A stretch of 64,000 nucleotides of DNA. Origin: an uncultured Patescibacteria group bacterium (GTDB taxonomy: Bacteria > Patescibacteriota > Microgenomatia > UBA10105 > UBA927). The notes under the pieces are model-generated. The model ran no database searches, was not told where the DNA came from, and was given only the letters and a program-made list of their open reading frames with translations. The translations under genes and the position numbers were made by a program. Positions 19,292 to 29,207 of the stretch are shown piece by piece. Each line of letters begins with the position of its first letter. Position 1 is the first letter of the stretch. The stretch covers positions 22,316-86,315 of the forward strand of contig CAKZSU010000004.1 in the NCBI GenBank assembly GCA_937921305.1, given 5' to 3'.

Positions 19292-19939
19292 TTATTCTTC
19301 TTTTGAATATATGTGTATCGTCATCGCGACGTGAACGCGACCTTCTTTCCTTGGTATTGCTGTCATTTCGGCAATATTTGCTATTCTTTCCATCGAGTAG
19401 ATATTCCCAATTATTTCTTTCATGTTTTCATATGTTCCTTCAATAGCGAGAAAAATTGGCGTTGTTTCGAAATCTTTGGATTGTTGTTTTTTATTTGATG
19501 ATGGTAATTCGGATTGATGTTTTATTTGGTTTTTTTTTAATCGCGTTTCTTCAATATTCAATGAAATAATTGTTATATCATATTGGTTCGCAATAGTTCG
19601 AAGTTCAAAGATAAACGGCATGATGTTTGGGGATGGAGGGATTGCCTCTTTTAAAAGCGCTATCCGAGGAGAAAGATTTTGATATATCGCTTGCGCTTCC
19701 ACAAGGTTTGTGATTTTTGTTTCCATTTGTTCATTCACTTGCGTGTTATCTTTGATTTCTTTTCGCAAAGAAAGAATTGTTTGGAGCGTTGGACGTATGG
19801 CGTACCAAGCAAAAAGTGAAACTGTTAAAAATGAAAGAATTGTTGTGGTATAAACACGATGTTTCGGTTTTTCAATAATTCCGCCGATTGGTTGATAGTA
19901 TTTTCGGAATATTTTTTTTGATTGACTATTGTTATTCAT
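19292..19939 (-). CDS. pilO: Type IV pilus assembly protein PilO-like
   Basis: Short cytoplasmic N-terminus, single TM, coiled coil, then a roughly 100-aa periplasmic domain. Its start overlaps the upstream gene's stop (ATGA). Confidence 0.55.
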   Translation of the reverse strand: MNNNSQSKKIFRKYYQPIGGIIEKPKHRVYTTTILSFLTVSLFAWYAIRPTLQTILSLRKEIKDNTQVNEQMETKITNLVEAQAIYQNLSPRIALLKEAIPPSPNIMPFIFELRTIANQYDITIISLNIEETRLKKNQIKHQSELPSSNKKQQSKDFETTPIFLAIEGTYENMKEIIGNIYSMERIANIAEMTAIPRKEGRVHVAMTIHIYSKEE

Positions 19940-20481
19940 TTTAACAACGCTTTAACCTGAAATTCCAGTCCCTTTGTTGGATTTTTTCTTATGTGTGATA
20001 CCTCAATAGAGGCAAATTGTTGTTCTTGACTCATGCGCAACAAGAGCAATGACAAACTGTTTGTATTTCCGGCGACTGCGGATATATGCATTGTTTTTCC
20101 CGAAACAGAAAATTCTGTTATATATGTGTCGCTGGGAATGATTGTTTGTAGAAAAGATAATAATTGAGATGTATTCATTTGGTTATTTAAAAGGTATTTT
20201 GTAGTCAACAATCTCTTTTGGAAGTTTTTAAATTCTTCTTCAAATCGTTGATTCGCTTCAAGAATAATTTTTTTTTGTTCGATTTCTTCGCGAAGATCTA
20301 CAAGTTTTCTGTCGAGGCTAAATCGAGAAATAAAGGCAAGCAGAACAATAACTTCTGTGGCAATCATGATGTACCTTCCATAGGTTATTGCCCACGAGAT
20401 AAGTCTATCAATTGGTGAAGTGTTGAAGTTTCCTTGTCCAAGAAGATTGATAAAAATGGATTGGGCAGGAATAGAAGACAT
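19936..20481 (-). CDS. pilN: Type IV pilus assembly protein PilN-like
   Basis: N-terminal FINLLG matches the PilN INLLP motif that binds PilM. Single TM, coiled coil, periplasmic domain. Confidence 0.65.
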   Translation of the reverse strand: MSSIPAQSIFINLLGQGNFNTSPIDRLISWAITYGRYIMIATEVIVLLAFISRFSLDRKLVDLREEIEQKKIILEANQRFEEEFKNFQKRLLTTKYLLNNQMNTSQLLSFLQTIIPSDTYITEFSVSGKTMHISAVAGNTNSLSLLLLRMSQEQQFASIEVSHIRKNPTKGLEFQVKALLK

Positions 20482-20505
20482 AGTTTTACGTACTCATTCC
20501 AGATA

Positions 20506-20739
20506 TTAAGAGATATGCTTTGATAGTCGGGATTTCAATCGAGACCCTTTATTTTTATGCATAAGATGCGTTTTAACGGCTTTATCGATAAGTGAATATA
20601 TTTTTTGAAGCAATGATGTGCTTGGGGATCTTTTATACACTTTTATTGTTTGTTTTATTAAAGCTCTTTTTTTATTATTTTTTTCGCGAGCTTTTTCATC
20701 GCGACGCATTTTTTTGATTGCTTGCTTTGTGATTGGCAT
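20506..20739 (-). CDS. rpsT: 30S ribosomal protein bS20
   Basis: MPITKQAIKKMRRDEKAREKNNKKRALIKQTIK has the typical S20 basic N-terminus. 77 aa. Confidence 0.85.
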   Translation of the reverse strand: MPITKQAIKKMRRDEKAREKNNKKRALIKQTIKVYKRSPSTSLLQKIYSLIDKAVKTHLMHKNKGSRLKSRLSKHIS

Positions 20740-20751
20740 AACACTTTCTAT

Positions 20752-20780
20752 TTTATACTTCTTGCCTATAGATCGTCAAT
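20752..20780 (-). promoter_or_regulatory. Sigma70-like promoter for rpsT on the minus strand (-35 TTGACG, 17-nt spacer, -10 TATAAA)
   Basis: Reverse complement of 20775-20780 is TTGACG and of 20752-20757 is TATAAA. The -10 lies about 12 nt from the rpsT ATG. Confidence 0.4.
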
Positions 20781-20798
20781 ACATTCTAAATTAGAATA

Positions 20799-22430
20799 AT
20801 GGATATGAACATAATTAAACGAGTATTTCTTCTTCGTCAGTCTTCAATTGGCGGCGCCGCGTTTATTCTTATGTCCACTGTTATTGTTTCTAGAATGTTA
20901 GGACTTTTTCGCGATCGTTTATTGGCCGGTGTTTATTCTCCGGAAGAATTAGGGATATATTTTGCGTCATTTCGTCTTCCAAATATGCTTTTTGATCTTC
21001 TTGTGATGGGCGTGTTGAGCGCGGCGTTTATTCCAGTATTTACTCGATTGTTGACACAGAAAAAGGAAAAAATCGCTTGGAGGATGGCTTCAATTATTGC
21101 GAATTACACGATGGGAGTATTTTTTATTGGTTCGGTTACTATGTTTTTGTTTGCTCGTCAATTGTGCTCACTTTTTGCGCCAGGATTATCAGAGAAAGAG
21201 ATAGATTTGATGGTAGATTTCACAAGGACGCTTTTGTTTTTTCAGGCGCTTCCGTTGATTGTGGGGAATGTTTTAACGGGAATTCTGCAATCATATCAAT
21301 TCTTTTTTATTCCGGCGATAGCTCCTGTTCTTTATAATCTTGGAACGATCATCGGGATTGTCATACTTTCTCCGTTTATTGGTTTGTGGGCGCCTATTGC
21401 TGGTGTCAGTATTGGCGCATTTCTTTTTTTATGTGTGCAGATTCCTTTGCTTTTTTTGCTTCGTTTTCGGTATTATGGCAGCTTTGATACGAAGACGGAA
21501 GGAGTGAGAGAAGTTGGGATACTCATGATCCCCCGGGCTATTGGGTTGGGTGCTTCACAGATTGAAACAACGCTTGATTTAATATTGGCGAGTATGTTGG
21601 GGGCAAAGATGATAACAGTTTTTCATTTTGCTCAACACTTGCAACAATTGCCGGTTGGATTGTTCGGCGTGACCATTGCTCAAGCTGCATTCCCAACGTT
21701 GTCTCGCTCATCAGCGCAAGGAAGCCACCGGCAATTCCGTCAAAGTGTGATAAACGCTATTCATCAAATATTATTTTTTGTTCTTCCAATTTCCGTTTGT
21801 TTTATTGTGTTAAGAGTTCCTATCACTCGTTTGGTGTTTGGTTCCAGCGAATATGATTGGGAAGCGACTATATTAACCGCTAAAACATTGGCGATGTTTA
21901 GTCTTTCTCTTTTTGCTCAATCAATTATTCATGTACTGACTCGCGCCTTTTATGCGATATGCGATACGAAGACACCTATGCTTTTAAGCATTGCGGGAAT
22001 TGTGATGAATATGATGTTCAGCGTATTATTTATTTTTGTTTTTCAGCTTCCAGTTTGGGGATTAGGATTATCAACATCGATTGCGATGTCAGCCCAAGTA
22101 TTGTTGTTGTATTATGTTTTGCAAAAGAGAATTGGTTTGTTTTCTTTTGTTGACACATTTGTAACGCCGATGAAGATGGTGTGTATCTCATTTATTATGG
22201 GGATTATTATGTTTCTTTCTCAGCGACTTTTTGACGAGCTTATCTTTGATACAACAAGAACAATAAATGTCTTCTTGTTTACAAGTTTTTTGACGATTCT
22301 TGGAGGAGTGGCTTATCTCTTTCTTTCATGGGTGTTTGGCGTTGATCAATTTTATCGCTTTGCACGGTTCATCAAAAAACTTAAAACATTTCAACATCTT
22401 CCGTTTCATCAGGGAGATCAAGAGATGTAG
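20799..22430 (+). CDS. murJ: Lipid II flippase MurJ (MviN)
   Basis: SRMLGLFRDRLLAGVY...FRLPNMLFDLLVMGVLSAAFIPVF matches the MurJ N-terminal signature. 14 TM helices. Confidence 0.85.
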   Translation: MDMNIIKRVFLLRQSSIGGAAFILMSTVIVSRMLGLFRDRLLAGVYSPEELGIYFASFRLPNMLFDLLVMGVLSAAFIPVFTRLLTQKKEKIAWRMASIIANYTMGVFFIGSVTMFLFARQLCSLFAPGLSEKEIDLMVDFTRTLLFFQALPLIVGNVLTGILQSYQFFFIPAIAPVLYNLGTIIGIVILSPFIGLWAPIAGVSIGAFLFLCVQIPLLFLLRFRYYGSFDTKTEGVREVGILMIPRAIGLGASQIETTLDLILASMLGAKMITVFHFAQHLQQLPVGLFGVTIAQAAFPTLSRSSAQGSHRQFRQSVINAIHQILFFVLPISVCFIVLRVPITRLVFGSSEYDWEATILTAKTLAMFSLSLFAQSIIHVLTRAFYAICDTKTPMLLSIAGIVMNMMFSVLFIFVFQLPVWGLGLSTSIAMSAQVLLLYYVLQKRIGLFSFVDTFVTPMKMVCISFIMGIIMFLSQRLFDELIFDTTRTINVFLFTSFLTILGGVAYLFLSWVFGVDQFYRFARFIKKLKTFQHLPFHQGDQEM

Positions 22431-22436
22431 ACTACA

Positions 22437-23828
22437 TTATTGTTTTCTTAACTCTAAAAGAGCGACGCTGTTTGCCGGCAAAAAGAGTTGTTTTTTCCAT
22501 GTTGGTTCAGAAATTGTTTCTTGAAGCGTAATGTCTCTTCCAAGGAAAAATCTTTCTCTATATGAGTATGTTCCCGGCTCAAGATTAAGGAAAGTTAGCG
22601 GAACAGTTTCTCCTTTGCTATATTGGTGATTAAAATTAACAAGGAGAAGTCGAATAACGCCGTCTCGCGTTGTCGCGACAGCGGATGTCCAGCTTCCTTC
22701 TCCGGTAACAAGGAGTCGATTTCCTTCCATGGGACGAATGAAGTTTGGAACATAATACCGCGGTTTTAATTTCTTTCCTTGCGATTCATGGTGAATCATG
22801 CCCCATCCATTGTCTTGATTGGGACCGTCTTTTAATTGAAACGCAAAGAGATACGTTGGACCACCTGAAATGACTTGCCGCGTGACTGCTGCCATATGTG
22901 CCGCGGCGAACATCGTGTTGTATCGTTTGTCTTTTGCGCCAGTAAATCCAAATTCTGTCACGAACTTTGGAAGAAGTGTGTATCGCGGGTATGGAAGGAG
23001 CCATTCGGTAAGATTTCTTTGATCTCTATCAAATTGTTTTGGATCCATAAGGTACGAGTGCCACGAAAAGAAATCAACACGATTGCCACTATTCACAAGC
23101 CCTATGATCCAATTTCTATACAATCCTGTTGTCGATGGACCACCAAGAGAGAACGGAAGAACATTTTTCGCGTTTTGCGCGCCGATTGCTGCATATCTAT
23201 AGAGTGTTAAATAATTTTTTTCTCCGGAAAGTCTCCATCCGCCAAATTGCGCAAGATCTGGCTCATTCCACACTTCATAATACATTCCTGATATATTTCG
23301 ATTTTCTCTTCCGCTAAAATACTCTATTGTTTTTTGAACGACAAAGGCCCATTCATTCCAATCATTGGGAGGATTAATAATGCTGCCGTCTTTTGCGATT
23401 GCCGATGGCATATAGGAAAGAGCAAGCATGGGTTTTGCTCCGGTGGCAAGAATAGAGTTGACTGCCTGATCAAGTCTTGACCAATCAAAGGTAAGTTCAG
23501 ATCCATTTCTTCCCACAACTTGATAGTAGTCATAAATATGATCGATTCTTATAATTCTCGGATTAAGTGCGCGAACTTCGGAAACAATAGGACCAATCAT
23601 GTCTGTTGCTTCTTCTCCTCCTTGGGCAAACGCGTGGAGGAAATTCGTGTTGACAGGTTCTAAAACAACATTTGTGTCAATAACAATATTTGCTGGAGTT
23701 CCTGAAGCCCGAAGAACGGTATAGATTTGATAAAGTCCAAGCATGAACAATGGAAGAAATGCGAGCATTGCTATCACTGATATGATCGATGTTGCTCTCA
23801 TTGCTTCTCGTTCTAATATGTTTGTCAT
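22437..23828 (-). CDS. Membrane-anchored clan GH-A glycoside hydrolase (GH39-like)
   Basis: N-terminal TM. YEVWNEPD (acid/base NEP motif), FSWHSY, and VTEFGF (nucleophile TE[F]G motif). Confidence 0.6.
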   Translation of the reverse strand: MTNILEREAMRATSIISVIAMLAFLPLFMLGLYQIYTVLRASGTPANIVIDTNVVLEPVNTNFLHAFAQGGEEATDMIGPIVSEVRALNPRIIRIDHIYDYYQVVGRNGSELTFDWSRLDQAVNSILATGAKPMLALSYMPSAIAKDGSIINPPNDWNEWAFVVQKTIEYFSGRENRNISGMYYEVWNEPDLAQFGGWRLSGEKNYLTLYRYAAIGAQNAKNVLPFSLGGPSTTGLYRNWIIGLVNSGNRVDFFSWHSYLMDPKQFDRDQRNLTEWLLPYPRYTLLPKFVTEFGFTGAKDKRYNTMFAAAHMAAVTRQVISGGPTYLFAFQLKDGPNQDNGWGMIHHESQGKKLKPRYYVPNFIRPMEGNRLLVTGEGSWTSAVATTRDGVIRLLLVNFNHQYSKGETVPLTFLNLEPGTYSYRERFFLGRDITLQETISEPTWKKQLFLPANSVALLELRKQ

Positions 23829-23861
23829 ACTACTATTAATATATGATTGTTTTATTATTTT

Positions 23862-25055
23862 TTATTTTACCAATAGCAGTGGTATCGAAATCCCAATTAC
23901 GATAAATATGATGCCAAGATTTATGATGATGTAGGAAAATAGTGGTATCCCCGTGACTGGAATTTCTTCCGTCGATGTTTTTGGAGCAATGGTAGGCGTT
24001 GATGTTGTTTTCCCTTGTGTTAGAGTTGGTGATACTGAACCAATCGTAAACATTGAAGTAATAGTTTGTGTTTGACCAGTCGTAGGATTCGTGCTTGTTA
24101 TCGTGGCGGTATATGTGCCTATGCCTAACGATTGATTTGGCTTGAACAACCAGTTCCCGGTGTTATTTGTTGTGACAGCTCCAGTGACTGATCCTGGATT
24201 TAAAAGAATCGTTATTGTTGATCCCGGAGGCGCTTTTCCTGAAAGCGTTGGCGGATCTTGTGTTATTGAAGAACCATTTTTTGGGGAGCTAAGTATTAGC
24301 TGGATCAAGCCTGCTCCAGGAGAGTTTGTCGGTATTGGCGTTGATGATTGTTGAAGACGTATTGGAGTCGGCGTGATTGTTTGCGTGCCCGTTGGTATTC
24401 TTGTCGGTGTTTGATTTGCTCGTTGCGTTGGTGTCGGAAGTTGCGTCGGAGAAGATTGCGCAGGTATTCTCGTTGGAGATATCTGTGATGGATTTGATGA
24501 AATGATGATTGTTGCCGGAGACGTCCCAATCAATGCGTTTCTCGATCCCTCTCCAAGACTTCCTACAAATGTTTCTGGGCCAAAACTGACGCGAATGGGC
24601 GTATTGCTTCCCTGCAAGACGCGAAATCGTATTGTTCCAACGATTCCTGTTCCTTTAAATGGTTTGCTTATGCTTGCCGTCCCGACTGCTATGGACGCTT
24701 TTCCTGGCTGAGATGTATCAGCTGATGATAATATATTTGGAAATTGTGGAGAGTTGATAATTGATTGGGCTTCAAGTTTCGCGCTGTCAAATATGATATG
24801 TATGCTTGTTGCTATTATGTTGTTTTCTCCTGTGTTAATTGTGATGTCGAGGCTAAATGTTTCTCCTATAGAAACTGTTTTTTCAGACGGAGTGAATGAC
24901 ATGGTAGTCGCTGGGGCGGCTTTTTGTCGTATATCTTGTTGCTGTTTTACAACAAAGAAAGAAACGGGAAGGGTAATTAGAAGGAATAGCAATACAACAA
25001 TTGGAATAATTTTTTTCTTCATATTATATTTCCATATAATCATGAAATATGACAA
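23862..25055 (-). CDS. Secreted surface protein (cohesin/Ig-like domains) with a C-terminal IPVTG + hydrophobic + Lys sorting-signal-like tail
   Basis: N-terminal signal/TM. Beta-rich domains. PTQ-rich linker. C-terminus EEIPVTG followed by a 27-aa hydrophobic segment ending in K. Confidence 0.5.
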   Translation of the reverse strand: MSYFMIIWKYNMKKKIIPIVVLLFLLITLPVSFFVVKQQQDIRQKAAPATTMSFTPSEKTVSIGETFSLDITINTGENNIIATSIHIIFDSAKLEAQSIINSPQFPNILSSADTSQPGKASIAVGTASISKPFKGTGIVGTIRFRVLQGSNTPIRVSFGPETFVGSLGEGSRNALIGTSPATIIISSNPSQISPTRIPAQSSPTQLPTPTQRANQTPTRIPTGTQTITPTPIRLQQSSTPIPTNSPGAGLIQLILSSPKNGSSITQDPPTLSGKAPPGSTITILLNPGSVTGAVTTNNTGNWLFKPNQSLGIGTYTATITSTNPTTGQTQTITSMFTIGSVSPTLTQGKTTSTPTIAPKTSTEEIPVTGIPLFSYIIINLGIIFIVIGISIPLLLVK

Positions 25056-25081
25056 GTTTTCAAGCGGAATTTTCTATGTTC

Positions 25082-25110
25082 TTGACAAGGTTTAGCACTC
25101 TTATTATATT
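25082..25110 (+). promoter_or_regulatory. Sigma70-like promoter of the hrcA operon (TTGACA, 17-nt spacer, TATATT)
   Basis: TTGACA at 25082-25087 and TATATT at 25105-25110. The hrcA ATG is at 25120, implying a leaderless or very short-leader transcript. Confidence 0.55.
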
Positions 25111-25118
25111 AGTGCTAA
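25092..25118 (+). promoter_or_regulatory. CIRCE operator (HrcA binding site)
   Basis: TTAGCACTC-N9-TAGTGCTAA against consensus TTAGCACTC-N9-GAGTGCTAA (one mismatch). It overlaps the -10 and TSS directly upstream of hrcA. Confidence 0.85.
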
Positions 25119-25119
25119 T

Positions 25120-25845
25120 ATGACGCAGTTTCCGTTAACTGATCGACAACTAGAGATACTTAGAGCGGTTATTGAGGAATACATCGCCACCGCTGAGCCT
25201 GTAGGATCAGAAACGCTTGAAAAAAAATACAATCTTGGTGTTTCTCCTGCGACCATTCGCAATGAAATGGCAAGGTTGACGCAGATTGGCATGTTGCATC
25301 AACCTCACGCTTCCTCGGGAAGATGTCCGACTCCTACGGCGATTCGATATTATGTAGACACATTAATGAGGCCGAAAGATCTTTCTGTAGCGGAAACAGT
25401 GTCTGTAAAAGAAAGAGTGTGGGATTATAGAAGTGATCCAGGTAAATTGCTTCGTCAATCTGCAAAAGCTCTGGCGGAAAAAACAAAAGCGTTGGCGTTT
25501 GCCGCGACAGAGGAAGGAGAGATGTATTATGCTGGCGCGGCAAATATTTTGACGATGCCAGAATTTTTTGATTATGAATTAACACTTCATCTTCTGGAAT
25601 GTTTGGATCAAGCCGAATTTTGGTGGAATATTATCGCTGAAAGAAGTGATGCTTTTAATATTCTTCTTGGCGAATCACTTGGTTCTCGACAGTTTTTTTC
25701 GCAATGCGGCGTCGTGTATTATAAGTTTTCGTTAGGACCAACAGAGGGTGCGATAGGTGTTGTTGGACCATTTCGCTTGAATTATCCATTCATTATTCCG
25801 ATTGTTCGATACATGGGGAGATTGCTGGAAGAATTAGGAGGGTGA
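25120..25845 (+). CDS. hrcA: Heat-inducible transcription repressor HrcA (short form)
   Basis: N-terminal wHTH LTDRQLEILRAVIEEYIATAEPVGSETL matches HrcA. First gene of the grpE-dnaK-dnaJ operon. Confidence 0.85.
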   Translation: MTQFPLTDRQLEILRAVIEEYIATAEPVGSETLEKKYNLGVSPATIRNEMARLTQIGMLHQPHASSGRCPTPTAIRYYVDTLMRPKDLSVAETVSVKERVWDYRSDPGKLLRQSAKALAEKTKALAFAATEEGEMYYAGAANILTMPEFFDYELTLHLLECLDQAEFWWNIIAERSDAFNILLGESLGSRQFFSQCGVVYYKFSLGPTEGAIGVVGPFRLNYPFIIPIVRYMGRLLEELGG

Positions 25846-25846
25846 T

Positions 25847-26356
25847 ATGAAGAAACAACACAACGGAAATCAAGAAGAACATCAAAAGCAATCACAAGCA
25901 AATCAACCAGAACACCCTATTGAAGAAAATCAAAGAGATCAAAAAAATCAAGAAGCTGAAGAGTGGAAGCAAAAGTATTTGCGTGTTCTTGCGGATTATC
26001 AAAATCTTGAAAAACGATCGTTGCAAGAGAAAGAAGATGTTCAAAAGTTTGCCGGTGAGATAACGATAAGAAAACTTATTCCAGCGATCGACGCGCTGGA
26101 GCGAGCGGCAAAGCATATTCATGACGAAGGATTGCGTTTGTCATTGCGAGAATTTTACTCAATTCTTGAAACATGCGGCGTAAAGAAAATTGAAACAGCG
26201 GGGCGAGTATTTGATCCGCATGTCATGGAATGCGTGGAGGTGGTGGAAGGAGATGAAGAAGGGAATGTTATTGAGGAAGTGCGAGCTGGATACATGTTGT
26301 TTGACAAAGTGTTGCGCGTTGCGCAAGTAAAAGTTAGTAAAAAAAAGGAGGTATAA
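25847..26356 (+). CDS. grpE: Nucleotide exchange factor GrpE
   Basis: YLRVLADYQNLEKR and the C-terminal beta domain. RBS GGAGGG. Start is 1 nt after the hrcA stop. Confidence 0.85.
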   Translation: MKKQHNGNQEEHQKQSQANQPEHPIEENQRDQKNQEAEEWKQKYLRVLADYQNLEKRSLQEKEDVQKFAGEITIRKLIPAIDALERAAKHIHDEGLRLSLREFYSILETCGVKKIETAGRVFDPHVMECVEVVEGDEEGNVIEEVRAGYMLFDKVLRVAQVKVSKKKEV

Positions 26357-26359
26357 CCT

Positions 26360-28234
26360 ATGAGCAAAATTATTGGCATTGATCTTGGAACAACAAATTC
26401 TTGTGTTGCTGTGATGGAAGGAGGATCTCCCAAGGTTATTCATTCTGCAGAGGGACGGAATGTAATTCCATCCGTCGTTGATCCGATAAAAAATATTGTT
26501 GGCGATGTGGCAAAGAGACAAATTGTGATGAATCCCAAAACAACGATTTTTTCCGCAAAGCGATTGATGGGAAGGAAATTTTCTGATTCTTCAGTTCAAA
26601 ACGATATAAAATGGCTTCCGTACACCGTAAAAGCGGGACGAGACGATATGGCGGTGATTGAAGTGGAGGGAAGAGAATTCACGCCTCAGGAAATTTCCGC
26701 AAAAGTATTGTCAAAAATCAAAGCCGACGCGGAAAACTATCTTGGTCAACCGGTGAAACAAGCAGTGATTACCGTTCCCGCGTATTTTAACGATAGTCAA
26801 CGACAAGCGACCAAACAAGCTGGAGAGATTGCCGGGCTTGAAGTGCTTCGCATTATTAACGAGCCGACGGCGGCTGCGCTTGCGTATGGTTTAGACAAGC
26901 AGAATGTTCATACGATCGCTGTCTACGATCTTGGCGGGGGAACATTTGATATTACGATTCTTGAATTGGGCGAAGGTGTGTATGAAGTAAAAGCGACAAA
27001 TGGTGATACGCATCTTGGCGGCGATGATTTTGACCAGGCGTTGCTTACGTATCTTGCTGATGAATTTAAGAAAGAGCATGGTGTTGATCTTCGGAAAGAT
27101 CCGCAAGCGCTGCAACGATTGCGAGACGCCGCGGAAAAGGCAAAGATAGAGCTTTCTTCTTCCATGGAAGCTGAAGTAAATTTGCCGTTTATTACGCAAG
27201 GCAAAGATGGACCGTTGCATCTTGTTATGAAGATTACGCGAGCAAAGTTTGAATCGCTTGTTGATCATTTGATTCAAAAAACAATTGAACCAGTGAAAAA
27301 ATGTCTCGAAGACGCGAAGTTGTCTGTTTCTGACATTGACGAAGTCGTCATGGTTGGAGGCATGACGCGAATGCCGAAGATCGTTGAGACAGTCAAAAAT
27401 TTCTTTGGGAAAGATCCAAACAGATCGGTCAATCCCGACGAAGTTGTCGCTGTGGGAGCTGCGGTGCAAGGAGGCGTGTTGGCAGGCGATGTAAAAGATG
27501 TAGTATTGCTTGATGTAACACCATTAACGTTTGGTGTTGAAACATTAGGGGGTGTGATGACAGCGTTGATTCCGAGAAACACAACGATTCCGACAAGCAA
27601 AAGTGAGATTTTCTCAACTGCCGCTGATAATCAAACATCAGTCGAGATTCATGTTTTACAAGGAGAGCGTCCTATGGCTGCGGATAATAAATCGCTCGGA
27701 CGATTTATCTTGTCAGGCATTCCTCCGGCGCCAAGAGGCGTTCCGCAGATCGAAGTGACATTCGATATTGACGCTTCCGGCATTTTGAATGTGACGGCAA
27801 AAGATAAATCAACTGGAAAATCCGCAAATATTAAAATTACCGGTTCTACCGGATTATCAAAGGAAGAAATAGAACGAATGAAGAAAGAAGCCGAGGAACA
27901 TGCCGCGGCGGATAAAGAGAAGAAAGAGCGAATCGAAGCGAGAAATCAAGCCGATAGCATGATCTATCAAGCGGAAAAAGTGTTGTCTGATCATAAAGAC
28001 AAAATCAAAGAAGAAGACAAGAAGTCATTAGAAGCAAAAATACAAGCGTTGAAAGATATCCTTGAAACAGGAAGTAAAGCGGAATTGGAAGGAAAGACGC
28101 AAGAACTTATGCAAGAGATGCAACGAGTAAGCGCGAATATTCCGCAAGGGCAACCTTCATCAGATCAAGGAAATGAGAAAAAAGACGAAAAAAAAGATGA
28201 TGGAAAGGTAGAAGAGGGGCAAGTTGTTGAATAA
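26360..28234 (+). CDS. dnaK: Chaperone DnaK (Hsp70)
   Basis: [22 protein letters not shown] and other Hsp70 signatures. Strong AAGGAGG RBS. Confidence 0.95.
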   Translation: MSKIIGIDLGTTNSCVAVMEGGSPKVIHSAEGRNVIPSVVDPIKNIVGDVAKRQIVMNPKTTIFSAKRLMGRKFSDSSVQNDIKWLPYTVKAGRDDMAVIEVEGREFTPQEISAKVLSKIKADAENYLGQPVKQAVITVPAYFNDSQRQATKQAGEIAGLEVLRIINEPTAAALAYGLDKQNVHTIAVYDLGGGTFDITILELGEGVYEVKATNGDTHLGGDDFDQALLTYLADEFKKEHGVDLRKDPQALQRLRDAAEKAKIELSSSMEAEVNLPFITQGKDGPLHLVMKITRAKFESLVDHLIQKTIEPVKKCLEDAKLSVSDIDEVVMVGGMTRMPKIVETVKNFFGKDPNRSVNPDEVVAVGAAVQGGVLAGDVKDVVLLDVTPLTFGVETLGGVMTALIPRNTTIPTSKSEIFSTAADNQTSVEIHVLQGERPMAADNKSLGRFILSGIPPAPRGVPQIEVTFDIDASGILNVTAKDKSTGKSANIKITGSTGLSKEEIERMKKEAEEHAAADKEKKERIEARNQADSMIYQAEKVLSDHKDKIKEEDKKSLEAKIQALKDILETGSKAELEGKTQELMQEMQRVSANIPQGQPSSDQGNEKKDEKKDDGKVEEGQVVE

Positions 28235-28258
28235 TTCAATACGTTCTTTATAGCAACC

Positions 28259-28288
28259 AACGGCTCATGACTGCGGTTTTGAGCCGTT
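28259..28288 (+). promoter_or_regulatory. Stem-loop in the dnaK-dnaJ intergenic region (9-bp perfect stem AACGGCTCA/TGAGCCGTT), possible partial terminator or processing site
   Basis: Perfect inverted repeat with a 12-nt loop. No clear U-tract follows it. Confidence 0.35.
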
Positions 28289-28307
28289 ATCATATATTAT
28301 CAGCTCT

Positions 28308-29207
28308 ATGACAGAAAAAAGAGATTACTATGATGTGTTGGGCGTTTCGAAGTCCGCGTCGCTGGATGAGATTAAACGCGCGTATCGAAAACTTGCGCTT
28401 GAATGGCATCCTGATCGCAATAAAAGTCCGGAAGCTAATGAGCGATTCAAAGAAATTAATGAAGCGTATGAAGTATTGTCAGATCCTAAAAAGCGAGAAA
28501 CGTATGACCAATTTGGTCATGCGGCGTTTCAGCCGGGAACGGGAGGATTTGGTGGTCAAGGAAGTCCTTTTGGCGGCGGGTTTCGATATGGACCATTTAC
28601 TTACACTTATACAACAAATGGAAGTCCGTTTGACGGGTTTGATTTTTCCGATCCATTCGATATTTTCGAGCAATTTTTTGGTGGAGGGTTTTCGCGTTCT
28701 CATGGCGCGAGAAAGCGGAGGAATGTCTATCAGATAACGATCGATTTTATGGACGCCGTCAAGGGGACGACAAAAGAGATTCATGTGCCAAAAGGAGAAG
28801 CCGGGCAGGGAAGTGTTGAAAAAACTATTAAGATACCCGCTGGCGTGGACACCGGTTCTCGTATTCGATTTGACGATTTTGATGTGGTTCTTGATGTTCG
28901 ACCCCATGAAATCTTTCAGAGAGAAGAGGATAATATTTTTGTAGAAAAAAAAATTTCGTTTCCGCAAGCGGTATTGGGAGGCACTGTTGAAGTACCTACC
29001 ATTGACGGAGATGTAAAGATTCGTATTCAACCCGGCACACAACCTGGAACATTAATTCGATTAAAGGGGAAAGGCGTTCCACATGTTCGCGGCGGCGGAA
29101 GAGGAGATCAGTATGTGAAAATACGAATCAACGTCCCAGAGAAAGTTACTCGTCGCCAGCGCGAATTTTTAGAAGCGTTTGAGAAAGAGGAAAAATCATC
29201 TTTTTAA
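28308..29207 (+). CDS. dnaJ: DnaJ-family co-chaperone (type II / CbpA-like, no Zn-finger domain)
   Basis: J domain YYDVLGV...HPDRN, a G/F-rich region, and a C-terminal substrate-binding domain. No CxxCxGxG repeats. Confidence 0.8.
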   Translation: MTEKRDYYDVLGVSKSASLDEIKRAYRKLALEWHPDRNKSPEANERFKEINEAYEVLSDPKKRETYDQFGHAAFQPGTGGFGGQGSPFGGGFRYGPFTYTYTTNGSPFDGFDFSDPFDIFEQFFGGGFSRSHGARKRRNVYQITIDFMDAVKGTTKEIHVPKGEAGQGSVEKTIKIPAGVDTGSRIRFDDFDVVLDVRPHEIFQREEDNIFVEKKISFPQAVLGGTVEVPTIDGDVKIRIQPGTQPGTLIRLKGKGVPHVRGGGRGDQYVKIRINVPEKVTRRQREFLEAFEKEEKSSF

